The translations under genes were made by a program, and so were the position numbers. Below the pieces are notes generated by a model that did not search any database, was not told where the DNA came from, and saw nothing but the letters and a program-made list of their open reading frames with translations. A stretch of DNA of 37,396 bases from Actinomycetota bacterium. GTDB taxonomy: Bacteria; Actinomycetota; CADDZG01; JAHWKV01; JAOPZY01. Where the stretch lies: contig JBOGWM010000038.1 in assembly GCA_050693695.1 (NCBI GenBank), positions 1 through 37,396 on the forward strand, in the 5' to 3' direction. This document shows, piece by piece, positions 1 to 8,878 of this stretch; position 1 is the stretch's first letter; each line of letters starts with the position of its first letter.

Positions 1-526
1 CTGCCGGGTAGTCCAATTTGTCGAAGGCTACCTTGCCCAACATCTCCCGGGCATAGCCGAGAAGCTCCAGAGCGGGGACTCTGAGCCTCCCCTCCTTCCC
101 GGCCACCGCGGTTTCAAGTCGGCGGATGATGCGAGCCAGATCGTTGACTACCGATTCGTCGCAGTTTCCATACCAGACCAGCCAGGACAGCTTGACGGTC
201 GCTCGAGCCGGCTCGAGAAGAGCCCGGAGGAGAGCATCGTCATCATCGGTGACTTCCCGGCCTGAAGGGACGACATAGGGTAGCTGCTTTCCGATCGCCT
301 CCAGGCGTTCGAGGGGGATATCTAGAATCCCTGCGAGCCTCATCACCGACTCCTCCCCATAAAGCTTGCGCTTGCCCAGCTCGATCTGGGAGACGTACTC
401 GCGCGTGAAGCCCCATCGTTCTGCGAGTTGCTGCTGGGTCCAGCCCCGCTGCTCCCGGAAGGCGCGCACAAGGGTTCCGAAGGAGTTGCCACCGCCGCGA
501 GTGCCCGGCTCCTGCGAGATCGTCAT
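1..526 (-). CDS. XRE-family helix-turn-helix regulator, 5' part only (gene runs off the left window edge)
   Basis: Not in the ORF track because there is no stop in the window. Reverse translation from ATG 526..524 reads MTISQEPGTRGGGNSFGTLVRAFREQRGWTQQQLAERWGFTREYVSQIELGKRKL..., a textbook HTH_3/XRE motif. The frame stays open to position 1. Confidence 0.6.
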   Translation of the reverse strand, partial: MTISQEPGTRGGGNSFGTLVRAFREQRGWTQQQLAERWGFTREYVSQIELGKRKLYGEESVMRLAGILDIPLERLEAIGKQLPYVVPSGREVTDDDDALLRALLEPARATVKLSWLVWYGNCDESVVNDLARIIRRLETAVAGKEGRLRVPALELLGYAREMLGKVAFDKLDYPA

Positions 527-632
527 ACGGCGTCGATCAACTTCGGAACACCTGTTCCGCAGGTTGTAACGAGCTGTTCCTTGCCGCCTCCACGCTGTCG
601 CCGGATTCTACGTCCGGACGGGCGGAAGGGGA

Positions 633-947
633 ATGGTTGGCGTCATTGGCGGTCTTGTTGCAGAGGCCCTGGGGGGCGGGATGACGCCACCTCCTCCCCG
701 CTCGTCAGAGGACAGCATAAACAAGCGCCTCTCCTGCGTCTGGCCCGTCGGCGGAAGTCTCCATGTTCCCTGTGGGAAGGCGAGTAAAAATGGCTTGGCC
801 GTTTGTCCTGACCACGCACGAGTCCTCAGTTGCGAAGTGGGCAAGAGCTGCGCCTGGCCTGAGTGCCCTCAAACCATGCTCTTTCGCTCACTCTGCCAGT
901 ATCACGAGAAGCGGGTCCGGGGGATCATCGGAGCATATCGAGCATGA
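633..947 (+). CDS. Small Cys/His-rich putative zinc-binding protein (hypothetical)
   Basis: 104-aa ORF divergent from the XRE gene. Its C-terminal half carries spaced Cys/His clusters (PCGKASKNGLAVCPDH...CEVGKSCAWPECPQ...LCQYHEKRVRG). The start is uncertain (ATG 633 or ATG 681). No family recognised. Confidence 0.3.
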   Translation: MVGVIGGLVAEALGGGMTPPPPRSSEDSINKRLSCVWPVGGSLHVPCGKASKNGLAVCPDHARVLSCEVGKSCAWPECPQTMLFRSLCQYHEKRVRGIIGAYRA

Positions 948-981
948 GCCTCCCTGATGACCCGGGCCTGGCCGTATTGCC

Positions 982-1779
982 TCATCGCGCCTCGGTCCGC
1001 CGTCCCAGCAGCTCGGCCACGGCCCTCTCCGGGTCTTCGGAGCGCATCAGGGTCTCCCCCACCAGCACTCCCTGGACGTGGGCGGCTTCCAGCGCCTCCA
1101 CGTCGCCCCGGCTCCCGATGCCGCTCTCGGCGATCACCGCCACCTCGGATGGGATGGATCGGCGCAGCCGGGCGGCGAGGCCCCGGTCCACCCCGAAGGT
1201 GTGCAGGTTCCTCTGGTTGACGCCGATCAGCACCGGGTTGGCCTCGAAGGCGAGGTCCAGCTCCGCCCGGTCGTGGATCTCCACCAGGGGGAGGAGGCCG
1301 ACCTCGGCCGCTGCGGCCATCAGATCCTCATACAGTCCCCGCTCCCCGGTGGCGGCGACGATGATGAGCACCGCATCCGCTCCCGCCGCACGGGCCTCGA
1401 CCACCTGGTAGGGATCGAGGACGAAGTCCTTGCGAAGCACCGGCAGGGCGCACGCCTCCCGGGCCTGCTTCAGGTCCTGGAGAGAGCCCGAGAAGAAGAC
1501 GGGTTCGGTCAGCACCGACAGCGCCCTCGCCCCTCCCCGCTGGTAGGCGCCGGCCCACCCGGCGGGATCGATCTCCATCCGGATCGCTCCTGCGGAGGGG
1601 GAGCGGCGCTTCACCTCGGCCACGAGCGAGATGCCCGGAGCCATCATGGCGGCGAGGAAGTCTCTCGGCGCGCCCCGCTGCGCGGCCTCTCGCTCCAGAT
1701 CGCCCGGGGATCGCCGGCGGCGCTGCTCCTCCAGGCGCTCCCGGGTCACCTCCAGGATCCGGTCGAGGTAGGAGGCCAT
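982..1779 (-). CDS. trpC: Indole-3-glycerol-phosphate synthase
   Basis: The ORF 982..1959 contains MASYLDRILE...LVAEVKRRSPSAG...LSVLTEP.FF.GS...LRKDF...IGVNQRNL...ESGI, typical TrpC motifs. I chose ATG at 1779 (residue 61 of the tracked ORF) because the upstream extension is Arg/Pro junk. Confidence 0.9.
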   Translation of the reverse strand: MASYLDRILEVTRERLEEQRRRRSPGDLEREAAQRGAPRDFLAAMMAPGISLVAEVKRRSPSAGAIRMEIDPAGWAGAYQRGGARALSVLTEPVFFSGSLQDLKQAREACALPVLRKDFVLDPYQVVEARAAGADAVLIIVAATGERGLYEDLMAAAAEVGLLPLVEIHDRAELDLAFEANPVLIGVNQRNLHTFGVDRGLAARLRRSIPSEVAVIAESGIGSRGDVEALEAAHVQGVLVGETLMRSEDPERAVAELLGRRTEAR

Positions 1780-1786
1780 GTCGGTC

Positions 1787-2782
1787 TCAGGGTCGCCCCG
1801 GTGGGGTCCGATCCAGGATCCACCGCATGGTCGCCCGTCCGGCCCAGCCGACCACCTCGGGGCGGACCACCTCGAAGGTGTCGGCGGCCGAATGGTAGGC
1901 CGGGTGCGGCCCCGACCAGAGCCACGCCGCCGGGATGCCCGCCCGGGCGAAGGGTCCATGATCGGAGATGTCGCCCTTCACGATCCGCCGATGGGGGATG
2001 CCCGCCTGATGGGACGCCCCCACCAGCTCATTCTGGACCCCATCCGGAGAGCCGGCGAGGCGTCCCGCGGAGAGGACCGGACCGTTGCCCACCATATCGA
2101 TCGACACCATGGCTTGTACCACCCCGGGAGTGGCCAGCGCCGCCACGTAGGCCGCCGAGCCCAGGTGATGTTCCCCGGTGGGAGGTTGGCGCTCCTCGGC
2201 GGCGAAGGCGATGAACTCCACCGCGAGCCTCCGGCCGGAGAGAGCTTCAGACAATGCCAGGACCACCGCGGTTCCCGTGGCGTTGTCATTGCCTCCCGGC
2301 GAGGAGGGCACCGTGTCGTAGTGACCCCCCACCACGAGGTAGCCCCGCCCGTAGTCCACGCCCCGAGCGCGGGCGATGACGTTGGAGGAGGTCCCGCCAT
2401 CGGGGCGCGAGACGGGCTGACGCACCACGTCATGGCCGCCGGCTCGGAACACCGATTCGACGTAGGCGGCGGCCCGCTCCTCTCCGGGCGAGCCCGCCGG
2501 CCGAAGGCCGATGTCCACGGACAGCATCCTCACGTGCTCCATCGCCCTGTCGATCGGAAAGGAGAGCTCGGCTGCACTCCGAGGTGGGTAAAGGGTCGGG
2601 GAGGCCGGGAGGGCGGGCGCGGCCGGGGAGGCCGGGGAGACGGCGGCCGAAGCAACCGGAGACGGCCGGGCCCGCCGGGCCCGCTCGGAGACGGAGGCCG
2701 GCGGACGGTCCGAGCCGCATCCAGCCAAGAGGAGAGCGACCAGGACGAGTAGCGGGCGATGAGACCGGTGAAACGTTGACAT
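1787..2782 (-). CDS. M28-family metallo-aminopeptidase, lipoprotein
   Basis: Signal peptide with lipobox (LLLAGCGS). M28 motifs are present: VVGGHYDTV, GGNDNATG, FIAFAAEE, DHGPFARAGIP, YHSAADT. It is wedged between trpE and trpC, 7 nt from the trpC start. Confidence 0.8.
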   Translation of the reverse strand: MSTFHRSHRPLLVLVALLLAGCGSDRPPASVSERARRARPSPVASAAVSPASPAAPALPASPTLYPPRSAAELSFPIDRAMEHVRMLSVDIGLRPAGSPGEERAAAYVESVFRAGGHDVVRQPVSRPDGGTSSNVIARARGVDYGRGYLVVGGHYDTVPSSPGGNDNATGTAVVLALSEALSGRRLAVEFIAFAAEERQPPTGEHHLGSAAYVAALATPGVVQAMVSIDMVGNGPVLSAGRLAGSPDGVQNELVGASHQAGIPHRRIVKGDISDHGPFARAGIPAAWLWSGPHPAYHSAADTFEVVRPEVVGWAGRATMRWILDRTPPGRP

Positions 2783-2794
2783 GCGCTTGGGAGC

Positions 2795-4261
2795 TCAGTC
2801 CCCGAGCTGCTCGGCCATGCGGGCCGCATTGAGCAGGGCCGAGGCCTTGTTGACCGTCTCCCACCACTCCTTCTCGGGCTGCGAGTCGGCCACGATGCCC
2901 CCCCCCGCCTGCATGTGGAAGATGCCGCCGGCGACATAGGCCGTGCGGAGGGCGATGCACACGTCGAGGTTGCCCGAGAAGTCGAAGTATCCCACCACCC
3001 CCGCGTAAGGCCCCCGCCGGGTGGGCTCCAGCTCGTCGATGATCTCCATCGCCCGGATCTTGGGGGCCCCGCTGACCGTCCCGGCCGGGAAGGAGGCGTA
3101 GAGGGCGTCGAGAGCGGAGCAGCCCGGATCCAGATCTCCCGACACCTGGGAGACCAGATGCATGACGTGGGAGTAGCGCTCCACGGTCATCAGCTCCTCC
3201 ACCTTCACCGTGCCGTACCGGCATGCCCTCCCGAGGTCGTTGCGGGCCAGATCCACCAGCATCACGTGCTCCGCCCGTTCCTTCTCATCCGAGACCAGCT
3301 CCCGCTCCAGGGCCAGGTCCTCCTCCTCGGTCCCGCCCCTCGGCCGGGTGCCGGCCAGCGGGCGCTGGATCACGTGCCCGCCCGTCACCTTGACCAGGGG
3401 CTCGGGTGAGGATCCGATGACCGTGATCTCTGGGTGGCTGACAAAGAACATGTAGGGGCTCGGGTTGACCAGGCGCAGCACCCGGTAGACGTCGAAGGGG
3501 TCCGCCGCAAGCGGCATCGAGAACCGGTGCGAGAGGACCACCTGAAAGATGTCACCTTTGAAGATGTACTCTCTCGCCTTCTCCACCGCCGCCTCGAACG
3601 CCTCTCGGGCCATGGTGGAGGGTGGCAGCTCCACCTCACCGCGCCGAGGCTCCAGAGGCCGGTAGGCAAGCGGGGCGCCGAGCCTCGCCACCAGCGCCTC
3701 GCTGCGGGCCACGGCGTGATCGTAATCGTCTCCCTGGACCACGCTGGAGACCACCGTCATCCGCTGGCGGAGGTGGTCGAAGACCAGCAGGGTCCGGGCG
3801 AGCATGAGCATCAGCTCGGGCACCCCGGTGTCGTCCACCGTCGTCTGGGGAAGCCGCTCGAGGTAGCGCACGACATCGTAGCCGAGGTACCCCACCGCTC
3901 CCCCGTGGAGGGGCGGCAGGCCGGAAAGAGGTGGCGCCCGATAGCTCTCGAGAACGCTGCGCAAGATCTCCAGGGGAGTGCCCTCCGTGGGCGTCCCCGC
4001 CGGCGGCTGCCCCTCCCAGGACACCCGGCCTTCCCTGGAGACCATCACGAGGAACGGATCCACGCCCAGGAAGGAATAGCGGCCCCATCGCTCCCCGTGC
4101 TCCACCGACTCGAGAAGGAAGGCGTGCCCCGCCCCCCGCAGCTTCAGGAAGGCCGAGACCGGGGTCTCCAGGTCCGCGATGACCTCCCTCCACACGGGCA
4201 CGACCGGGAATTGGCTCGCGAGAGACTCGAATTGGTCGCGCGAGGGCAGGTACCCGGCCAT
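2795..4261 (-). CDS. trpE: Anthranilate synthase component I
   Basis: [14 protein letters not shown]...PVWREVIADLETPVSAFLKL...GGAVGYLGYD...FQVVLS...GTRPRG...LVDLARNDLGR...GAPKIRAMEIIDELE...RGPYAGVVGY. The start ATG 4261 overlaps the hisI stop (TAATG). Confidence 0.92.
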   Translation of the reverse strand: MAGYLPSRDQFESLASQFPVVPVWREVIADLETPVSAFLKLRGAGHAFLLESVEHGERWGRYSFLGVDPFLVMVSREGRVSWEGQPPAGTPTEGTPLEILRSVLESYRAPPLSGLPPLHGGAVGYLGYDVVRYLERLPQTTVDDTGVPELMLMLARTLLVFDHLRQRMTVVSSVVQGDDYDHAVARSEALVARLGAPLAYRPLEPRRGEVELPPSTMAREAFEAAVEKAREYIFKGDIFQVVLSHRFSMPLAADPFDVYRVLRLVNPSPYMFFVSHPEITVIGSSPEPLVKVTGGHVIQRPLAGTRPRGGTEEEDLALERELVSDEKERAEHVMLVDLARNDLGRACRYGTVKVEELMTVERYSHVMHLVSQVSGDLDPGCSALDALYASFPAGTVSGAPKIRAMEIIDELEPTRRGPYAGVVGYFDFSGNLDVCIALRTAYVAGGIFHMQAGGGIVADSQPEKEWWETVNKASALLNAARMAEQLGD

Positions 4262-4626
4262 TAGCGCGGCGACGGCGACGGAAGGCCGGCGGTGTCGAGA
4301 GCGGCGATGGAGCGGTAGAAGCAGGTTCGTTCCCCCGTATGGCAGGCCGGTCCCCGGGGATGGACCTTGACGACAAGGGCATCCCCGTCGCAGTCGTAGA
4401 GGACCTCCACGACGTGCTGATAGTTTCCCGAGGTGGCCCCCTTGTTCCAGAGCTCCTGGCGGCTGCGGCTGAAGAACCAGGTGGTTCCCTGCGTGAGGGT
4501 CAGATCGAGGGACTCCCGGCTCATCCACCCCAGCATGAGCACCTCGGCGCTGGAGGCGTCCTGGACGATGGCCGGGATCAGCCCCTTTTCGCTGAAGTGG
4601 ATCTCGAGAAGGCCGGCCATGGTCAT
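4261..4626 (-). CDS. hisI: Phosphoribosyl-AMP cyclohydrolase
   Basis: [40 protein letters not shown]...[36 protein letters not shown]...[15 protein letters not shown] 4626 overlaps the nadA stop (ATGA). Confidence 0.88.
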   Translation of the reverse strand: MTMAGLLEIHFSEKGLIPAIVQDASSAEVLMLGWMSRESLDLTLTQGTTWFFSRSRQELWNKGATSGNYQHVVEVLYDCDGDALVVKVHPRGPACHTGERTCFYRSIAALDTAGLPSPSPR

Positions 4627-5612
4627 CCGATCTCGATCATGCGCTCGATGGCGAGGCGGGCGGCTGCGGCGATGTCCTCGGGCACCGTGACCTCGTGAAC
4701 CATCTCGCGCAGGCTTCGAAGGAGCTTGTGGGGGGTGATCGCCTTCATGTAGTGACACACCGCGCCCTGGTTCGCCGCGATGAACTCCTTATCGGGGTTC
4801 TCCTGGCGGAGCCGGTGCAGCAGGCCCGTCTCGGTGGCCACGATTATCTGCGCGGCGTCGGATCGGTGAGCCCGCCGGAGCATCCCCGCGGTGCCGAGGA
4901 TGTGGGTGCGGCCCGGCGGGAGATCTCCGGTGGAAGCGAGGTACAGGGCATGGGAAGCGCACCCGCATTCGGGGTGGATGTGGAGCTCGGCATCCGGATG
5001 CTCATCGAGGCGGGCGGAGATGTCCGCGGGCTCGATGCCGGCGTGGACGTGGCACTCCCCCATCCAGAGCCGCATCTCGCGCCCCGTCACCCGCTGCACT
5101 TGGGCCCCCAGGAACATATCCGGAAGAAAGAGGATCTCTCTTCCCGGTGGGACCTGCGCCACCACCCGAGCGGCGTTGGCCGAGGTGCAGCAATAGTCGG
5201 CCTCGGCCTTGACCTCCGCCGAGGTGTTCACGTATGCGACCACCACCGCCCCGGGATGCTCCGCCTTCCAGGCCCGAAGCTGGCTCGCGGTGATGGTCGC
5301 CGCCAGCGAGCAGCCGGCCTGCGGATCGGGGATGAGCACGACCTTTTCCGGCGAGAGCACCTTGGCCGTCTCGGCCATGAATAGGACGCCGCAAAACACG
5401 ATCACCTTCGCCTCGGTGGTCGCCGCCTGGCGGGAGAGCTCCAGGGAGTCTCCGACGAAGTCGGCCACCTCCTGGATCCAGGGGACCTGGTAGCTGTGAG
5501 CGAGGATCACCGCCTCGCGCTCGGCGGCCAGCTCCCGCACCGCGCTCGCCCAATCGCCGAAGGAGATCCCGGCCGGGGCCAGCGTGAGGAGGTCTCGCTC
5601 TGCGGTGACCAT
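4623..5612 (-). CDS. nadA: Quinolinate synthase
   Basis: 329-aa ORF with [74 protein letters not shown] and HPECGC motifs. Confidence 0.92.
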   Translation of the reverse strand: MVTAERDLLTLAPAGISFGDWASAVRELAAEREAVILAHSYQVPWIQEVADFVGDSLELSRQAATTEAKVIVFCGVLFMAETAKVLSPEKVVLIPDPQAGCSLAATITASQLRAWKAEHPGAVVVAYVNTSAEVKAEADYCCTSANAARVVAQVPPGREILFLPDMFLGAQVQRVTGREMRLWMGECHVHAGIEPADISARLDEHPDAELHIHPECGCASHALYLASTGDLPPGRTHILGTAGMLRRAHRSDAAQIIVATETGLLHRLRQENPDKEFIAANQGAVCHYMKAITPHKLLRSLREMVHEVTVPEDIAAAARLAIERMIEIG

Positions 5613-5620
5613 AATTCAGT

Positions 5621-6490
5621 GTGTTCAAGCCTATACCTGCCACCGAGATCGAGGATCTGGTCCGCCGGGCGTTGGCGGAGGATCTGGGCCAGGCCGGCGA
5701 CCTCACGTCGGACCGGATCGTTCCCCCGAGCCAGAGAGCCCGAGGCCGCATCCTCGCCAAATCGGAGGGAGTGCTGGCCGGAGCGCCGGTGGCGGAAGCG
5801 GTCTTTCGGTGTGTGGATCCCACCCTCGAGATCCACTGGTCCCTGGCGGACGGGGCCCGTCTTCAGCCCGCAGCGGTGGTGGCGGAGCTCTCGGGAGCCG
5901 CCCGCCCGCTCCTCGCCGCCGAGCGGGTGGCGCTCAACGTTGCCCAGCATCTCTCCGGGGTCGCGAGCCTCACCGCCAGGTTCGTGCAGCGCTGCTCGCC
6001 GCACGGGGTGGCGGTGCTCTGCACCCGCAAGACCCTCCCGGGGCTGCGATCCCTCCAGCGCTACGCGGTGAGCGTCGGGGGGGGCGAGCTTCACCGGGCC
6101 GGGCTCTACGACGCCCTGCTGATCAAGACCAGCCACGTCCGCCTCGCCGGCGGCGTCACCGAGGCGCTGCGCCGGGCCAAGGCCGGCCCAGCCGTGGAGA
6201 CCGAGGTCGAGGTCACCGACCTCGAGGAACTGCAAGAGGCGATCGCGGCGGGGGCGCAGCGAATCCTGCTGGACAACGCCAGTCTGGATCTGGTCGCCGA
6301 GGCGGTACGGCGGACTCGGGGCCGGGCCTTCCTGGAGATCTCGGGAGGGATCGGCCTCGACGCCGTCTCCGCCATCGCCCGCCTCCGGCCCGATGCGGTC
6401 TCGGTGGGCCGTATCACCCACTCGGCCCCGGCGGTGGACCTGGCCCTGGACCTCCACCGAGCTCCAGCAGCAGGCGGCCGAGGCAGTTGA
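5621..6490 (+). CDS. nadC: Nicotinate-nucleotide pyrophosphorylase (quinolinate phosphoribosyltransferase)
   Basis: GTG start. Motifs: LVRRALAEDLGQAGDLTS, GVLAG, ERVALNVAQHLSGVA, TRKTLPGLRSLQRYAVSVGGG.LHR.GL.DALLIK..H, LLDN, EISGGI. Confidence 0.9.
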   Translation: MFKPIPATEIEDLVRRALAEDLGQAGDLTSDRIVPPSQRARGRILAKSEGVLAGAPVAEAVFRCVDPTLEIHWSLADGARLQPAAVVAELSGAARPLLAAERVALNVAQHLSGVASLTARFVQRCSPHGVAVLCTRKTLPGLRSLQRYAVSVGGGELHRAGLYDALLIKTSHVRLAGGVTEALRRAKAGPAVETEVEVTDLEELQEAIAAGAQRILLDNASLDLVAEAVRRTRGRAFLEISGGIGLDAVSAIARLRPDAVSVGRITHSAPAVDLALDLHRAPAAGGRGS

Positions 6491-6502
6491 GGTGGATCCG
6501 AC

Positions 6503-6531
6503 TTGCCAGGCAAGCACTCTCTATGTAGAAT
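6503..6531 (+). promoter_or_regulatory. Candidate sigma70-type promoter with extended -10 (TTGCCA-N17-TGTAGAAT) upstream of the cyclase gene
   Basis: TTGCCA at 6503-6508, an exact 17-nt spacer, TAGAAT at 6526-6531 preceded by TGT. It lies in the only AT-rich patch between nadC and the cyclase. The call rests on motif reading only. Confidence 0.35.
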
Positions 6532-6628
6532 CCTATATTGACTATGTAGAGTTCTGAATAAGGTGACCGGAGCAGTGAGCGGGGTGACCGGAGCGCAGAG
6601 TCTCGATCTGAGATGAGAGCGATGAGAG
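6521..6628 (+). repeat. Three pairs of short direct repeats in the cyclase leader
   Basis: CTATGTAGA at 6521-6529 and 6542-6550. GGTGACCGGAGC at 6562-6573 and 6583-6594. GATGAGAG at 6612-6619 and 6621-6628. The first two pairs are each spaced exactly 21 bp. Confidence 0.9.
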
Positions 6629-6744
6629 AGATGGGGTTCTTCTTCCGATCCACTCGTTCCTTGCGACCGCCGGGTGGAGTCTCGGTCACGACGGAGGTGT
6701 CGCGAGGCTCCCGCTACGTGCCTGGCAGAAGGAGATGGGGCCGC

Positions 6745-7494
6745 ATGAGCCTCAAGGAAACCTTCACATCCCGGGAATCCAGAGTCTACCGGGTCATGAT
6801 GTTCGTCGACATGACCGACTCCACGGCGATAAAGGAGCGGGAGACGGAGGCTCACTGGCTCACCACCTACGGCTATTTCTTCGATCTGGTCGGGCGCGAG
6901 ATCGGGCCCGAGCCCACCGTCGAATATCTTGGTGATGGGATCTTGGCAGCCTACGAAGATGCTGATGCTGCCGAAGCGATCAATGCCGCGATCCGCATCC
7001 AGGAGAAGCTGGCCAACGACAACGAAGACCGCATCGTTTGTTGCCGTTGTTCCATCGGGGTCTCCGCCGGCGAGGTGATCGCATATCGGGACCCCCGAGG
7101 CGCAGGCCACTACATCGGGACCGTGGTCGATCGAGCCTTCCGCCTCTGCTCTCATGCGAGGCCGAAGGCAATCCTGGTTGACAAGGCCACGGTGGATACC
7201 GCCGCAATGAACCGGGTCAAGGCTGCGGCCGGTAAGCGGCTTCGGAAAGGGACGGTTGAGGACTACGTGGGAGAGCTGCAGCTAGTCACCCTGAAAGGCT
7301 TTCGGGCGCCCGTTCGCTACTACGAGATCTGGTGGGACCGAACCCGCTACGGCGTTGCGAGCGCTGAGGAAGGCCACAGGGCCATGTCAGAGCGGACCTC
7401 CCCGGACGGTCCGCCAAAAACAGCGGAGGGTACCGCGGGGAAGGGGAACGCGCCTAACCCGATACGGATCAAATCATTGAATGACGAGATATAA
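6745..7494 (+). CDS. Stand-alone class III nucleotidyl cyclase (cyclase-homology domain) protein
   Basis: AAGGAG lies 10 nt upstream of ATG 6745. CHD signatures in order: VMMFVDMTDST (metal Asp), EYLGDGILAAY (second metal Asp), CRCSIGVSAGEVI (Arg...G.v), GTVVDRAFRLCS (the VNxAxRL-type motif with Asn replaced by Asp). About 190 aa of domain plus a ~50-aa low-complexity tail, with no sensor or effector domain. Confidence 0.7.
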   Translation: MSLKETFTSRESRVYRVMMFVDMTDSTAIKERETEAHWLTTYGYFFDLVGREIGPEPTVEYLGDGILAAYEDADAAEAINAAIRIQEKLANDNEDRIVCCRCSIGVSAGEVIAYRDPRGAGHYIGTVVDRAFRLCSHARPKAILVDKATVDTAAMNRVKAAAGKRLRKGTVEDYVGELQLVTLKGFRAPVRYYEIWWDRTRYGVASAEEGHRAMSERTSPDGPPKTAEGTAGKGNAPNPIRIKSLNDEI

Positions 7495-7559
7495 GCCCGC
7501 TACGGCGATAATCGACGATGTCCGGAGAACAAGAGGCGCGAGAGGGCGTTTCTGTGCCC

Positions 7560-8819
7560 TCATGACGCCGGGGGATATTCCGCTCCTCGCATCTTGGCCT
7601 CGGCGGCGATCTTGGCGTGCAGGTTGTCAAGCACCGGCTTAACCGGCTCCCCATCCTGCAGGATCCTGCGGATCGCCTCGTTCATCGCCTCGGCTACCTC
7701 TGGCCAGTACGGGACACCGGGACGGAGCCAACCGGATTCCAGGGCCTTGCTCGCCGCTTGCAAGGTCGATCTCCGATCCGATGGGATCCGGTCGTAGGCG
7801 TCCGAATAGATCGAGGGCCAGGAATTCTTCTCCGCCAGAAACTCCTGAGCTTTCCTCGACATCAGGAAGTTGGCCAGGGAGAGCGCACCCTCCTTTTGCT
7901 TGCCCGTGACACCTTTCGGAATGCCGAGTACGTCCCCCCCTACAACATGAGCTGCCCGGGCGGGGCCGCTCCATCCTTCATAGACCTGGAATCGGTCGAG
8001 CAGGCCCTCACCGTCCAGGACCCCGGAGGTGAACGTCCAGTTCTGGGCCAGCCAGGCGGTCTCACCGCGCAAGTTATCCACCTCCGTGTCGTATTGGCCT
8101 TGCAGGCTTTCCCTTGCCAGCAGGCCCTCCCTCCACATCCTCTGGAGAAACTCGAAGGCCGCCTCAGACCCTTCGTCGTTCAAGAGCAGCGGGTTTCCGC
8201 CGAAGGAGAGGATCCATTCCGAGATGGTGACCGCCGCGGGATCTCCCTGGGCCAGCGAGAGGGTCACCTTGCCGGTTCCCGCAGTCGCCTCGAGTTTCTG
8301 CGCCACGGTCCTGAGCTCCTCTACGGTCTTCGGCGCTGAAGCCTTGGCCTGGTCGAAGCGCTCCCTATTTACATAAGCCACGCGGACGTTGGGACGAAAG
8401 GGAAGGAAGTATTGCTTGCCCTCGAACGTTTCGGGGATCACGACGGGAAGGAGCCCATCGGGGATCTTGGTATCCGAGAGGTCCTCCACCAAGCCGTTGT
8501 CCACCAGGGATCTTTGAGCAAAGTTGTCCTGAGCGAACAGGTGAATGGTCGGTCGTCGGCCCGCTCTCAGCTCCACCTTCAGCTTCTCGGGGAGCAGGGG
8601 GGCGGTGACGGCGACCAGCTCTACCGTAGCGCCGGTTCTCTGCTGGAATCGGCCGAGGAGTTCCCGTACCGCTGCGTTCTCCTCTTCGGCGAGCGAGATG
8701 CTGAAAGTTAACGCCGTCCCGGCGAGCGGCCCCTTCAGCCGGGTTGCTTCTTGTCCGCACGCGGCTCCCAGCAACGCCAGGCAGACCAGCGCTATCAGCA
8801 CTCGACCGTGTCTTCGCAT
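7560..8819 (-). CDS. ABC transporter substrate-binding lipoprotein (carbohydrate-type, family 1)
   Basis: Start chosen at ATG 8819 (MRRHGRVLIALVCLALLGAACGQ, lipobox), with GGAGAAGGAGG upstream. The length and composition are typical of sugar-binding proteins. It is the last gene of the permease operon. Confidence 0.85.
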   Translation of the reverse strand: MRRHGRVLIALVCLALLGAACGQEATRLKGPLAGTALTFSISLAEEENAAVRELLGRFQQRTGATVELVAVTAPLLPEKLKVELRAGRRPTIHLFAQDNFAQRSLVDNGLVEDLSDTKIPDGLLPVVIPETFEGKQYFLPFRPNVRVAYVNRERFDQAKASAPKTVEELRTVAQKLEATAGTGKVTLSLAQGDPAAVTISEWILSFGGNPLLLNDEGSEAAFEFLQRMWREGLLARESLQGQYDTEVDNLRGETAWLAQNWTFTSGVLDGEGLLDRFQVYEGWSGPARAAHVVGGDVLGIPKGVTGKQKEGALSLANFLMSRKAQEFLAEKNSWPSIYSDAYDRIPSDRRSTLQAASKALESGWLRPGVPYWPEVAEAMNEAIRRILQDGEPVKPVLDNLHAKIAAEAKMRGAEYPPAS

Positions 8820-8878
8820 ACCGTTCGCCTCCTTCTCCTTGGACGAACCGGCCCCTTCCGGCGCCGGAGGTCTCGTTC

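Noticed and set aside
1078-2214. 378-aa plus-strand ORF. Similar long ORFs include 5507..6517(-), 6106..7155(-), 14590..15771(+), 15768..16610(+), 17899..19320(+), 19706..20953(-), 22494..23690(+), 24770..26161(+) and 26074..27561(+).
   Set aside because: All lie antisense to, or out of frame with, confidently identified genes. They are Arg/Pro/Gly-rich low-complexity translations, typical of stop-poor alternative frames in high-GC DNA.
2795-4528. Upstream extensions of tracked ORFs: trpE to 4528, trpC to 1959, hisI to 4758, hisA to 13815, hisC to 16599, the binding protein to 9080, DUF3105 to 19458, the APC permease to 26821 and SulP to 27660.
   Set aside because: The extensions overlap the preceding genes and translate to junk. 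Internal starts give proper N-termini, Shine-Dalgarno sequences or the 1-4 nt stop/start overlaps seen throughout the operons.
6613-6744. Earlier ATG (6613) for the cyclase gene.
   Set aside because: The extra 44 residues (MRAMREMGFFFRSTRSLRPPGG...) look non-protein-like and cover the direct repeats. ATG 6745 has a good AAGGAG.
6745-7494. Calling the cyclase a Pycsar (pyrimidine cyclase) antiphage system.
   Set aside because: No adjacent TM or TIR effector gene and no defence-island context. Only the bare-CHD architecture is shared, so the idea is kept as a hypothesis in the findings rather than a call.
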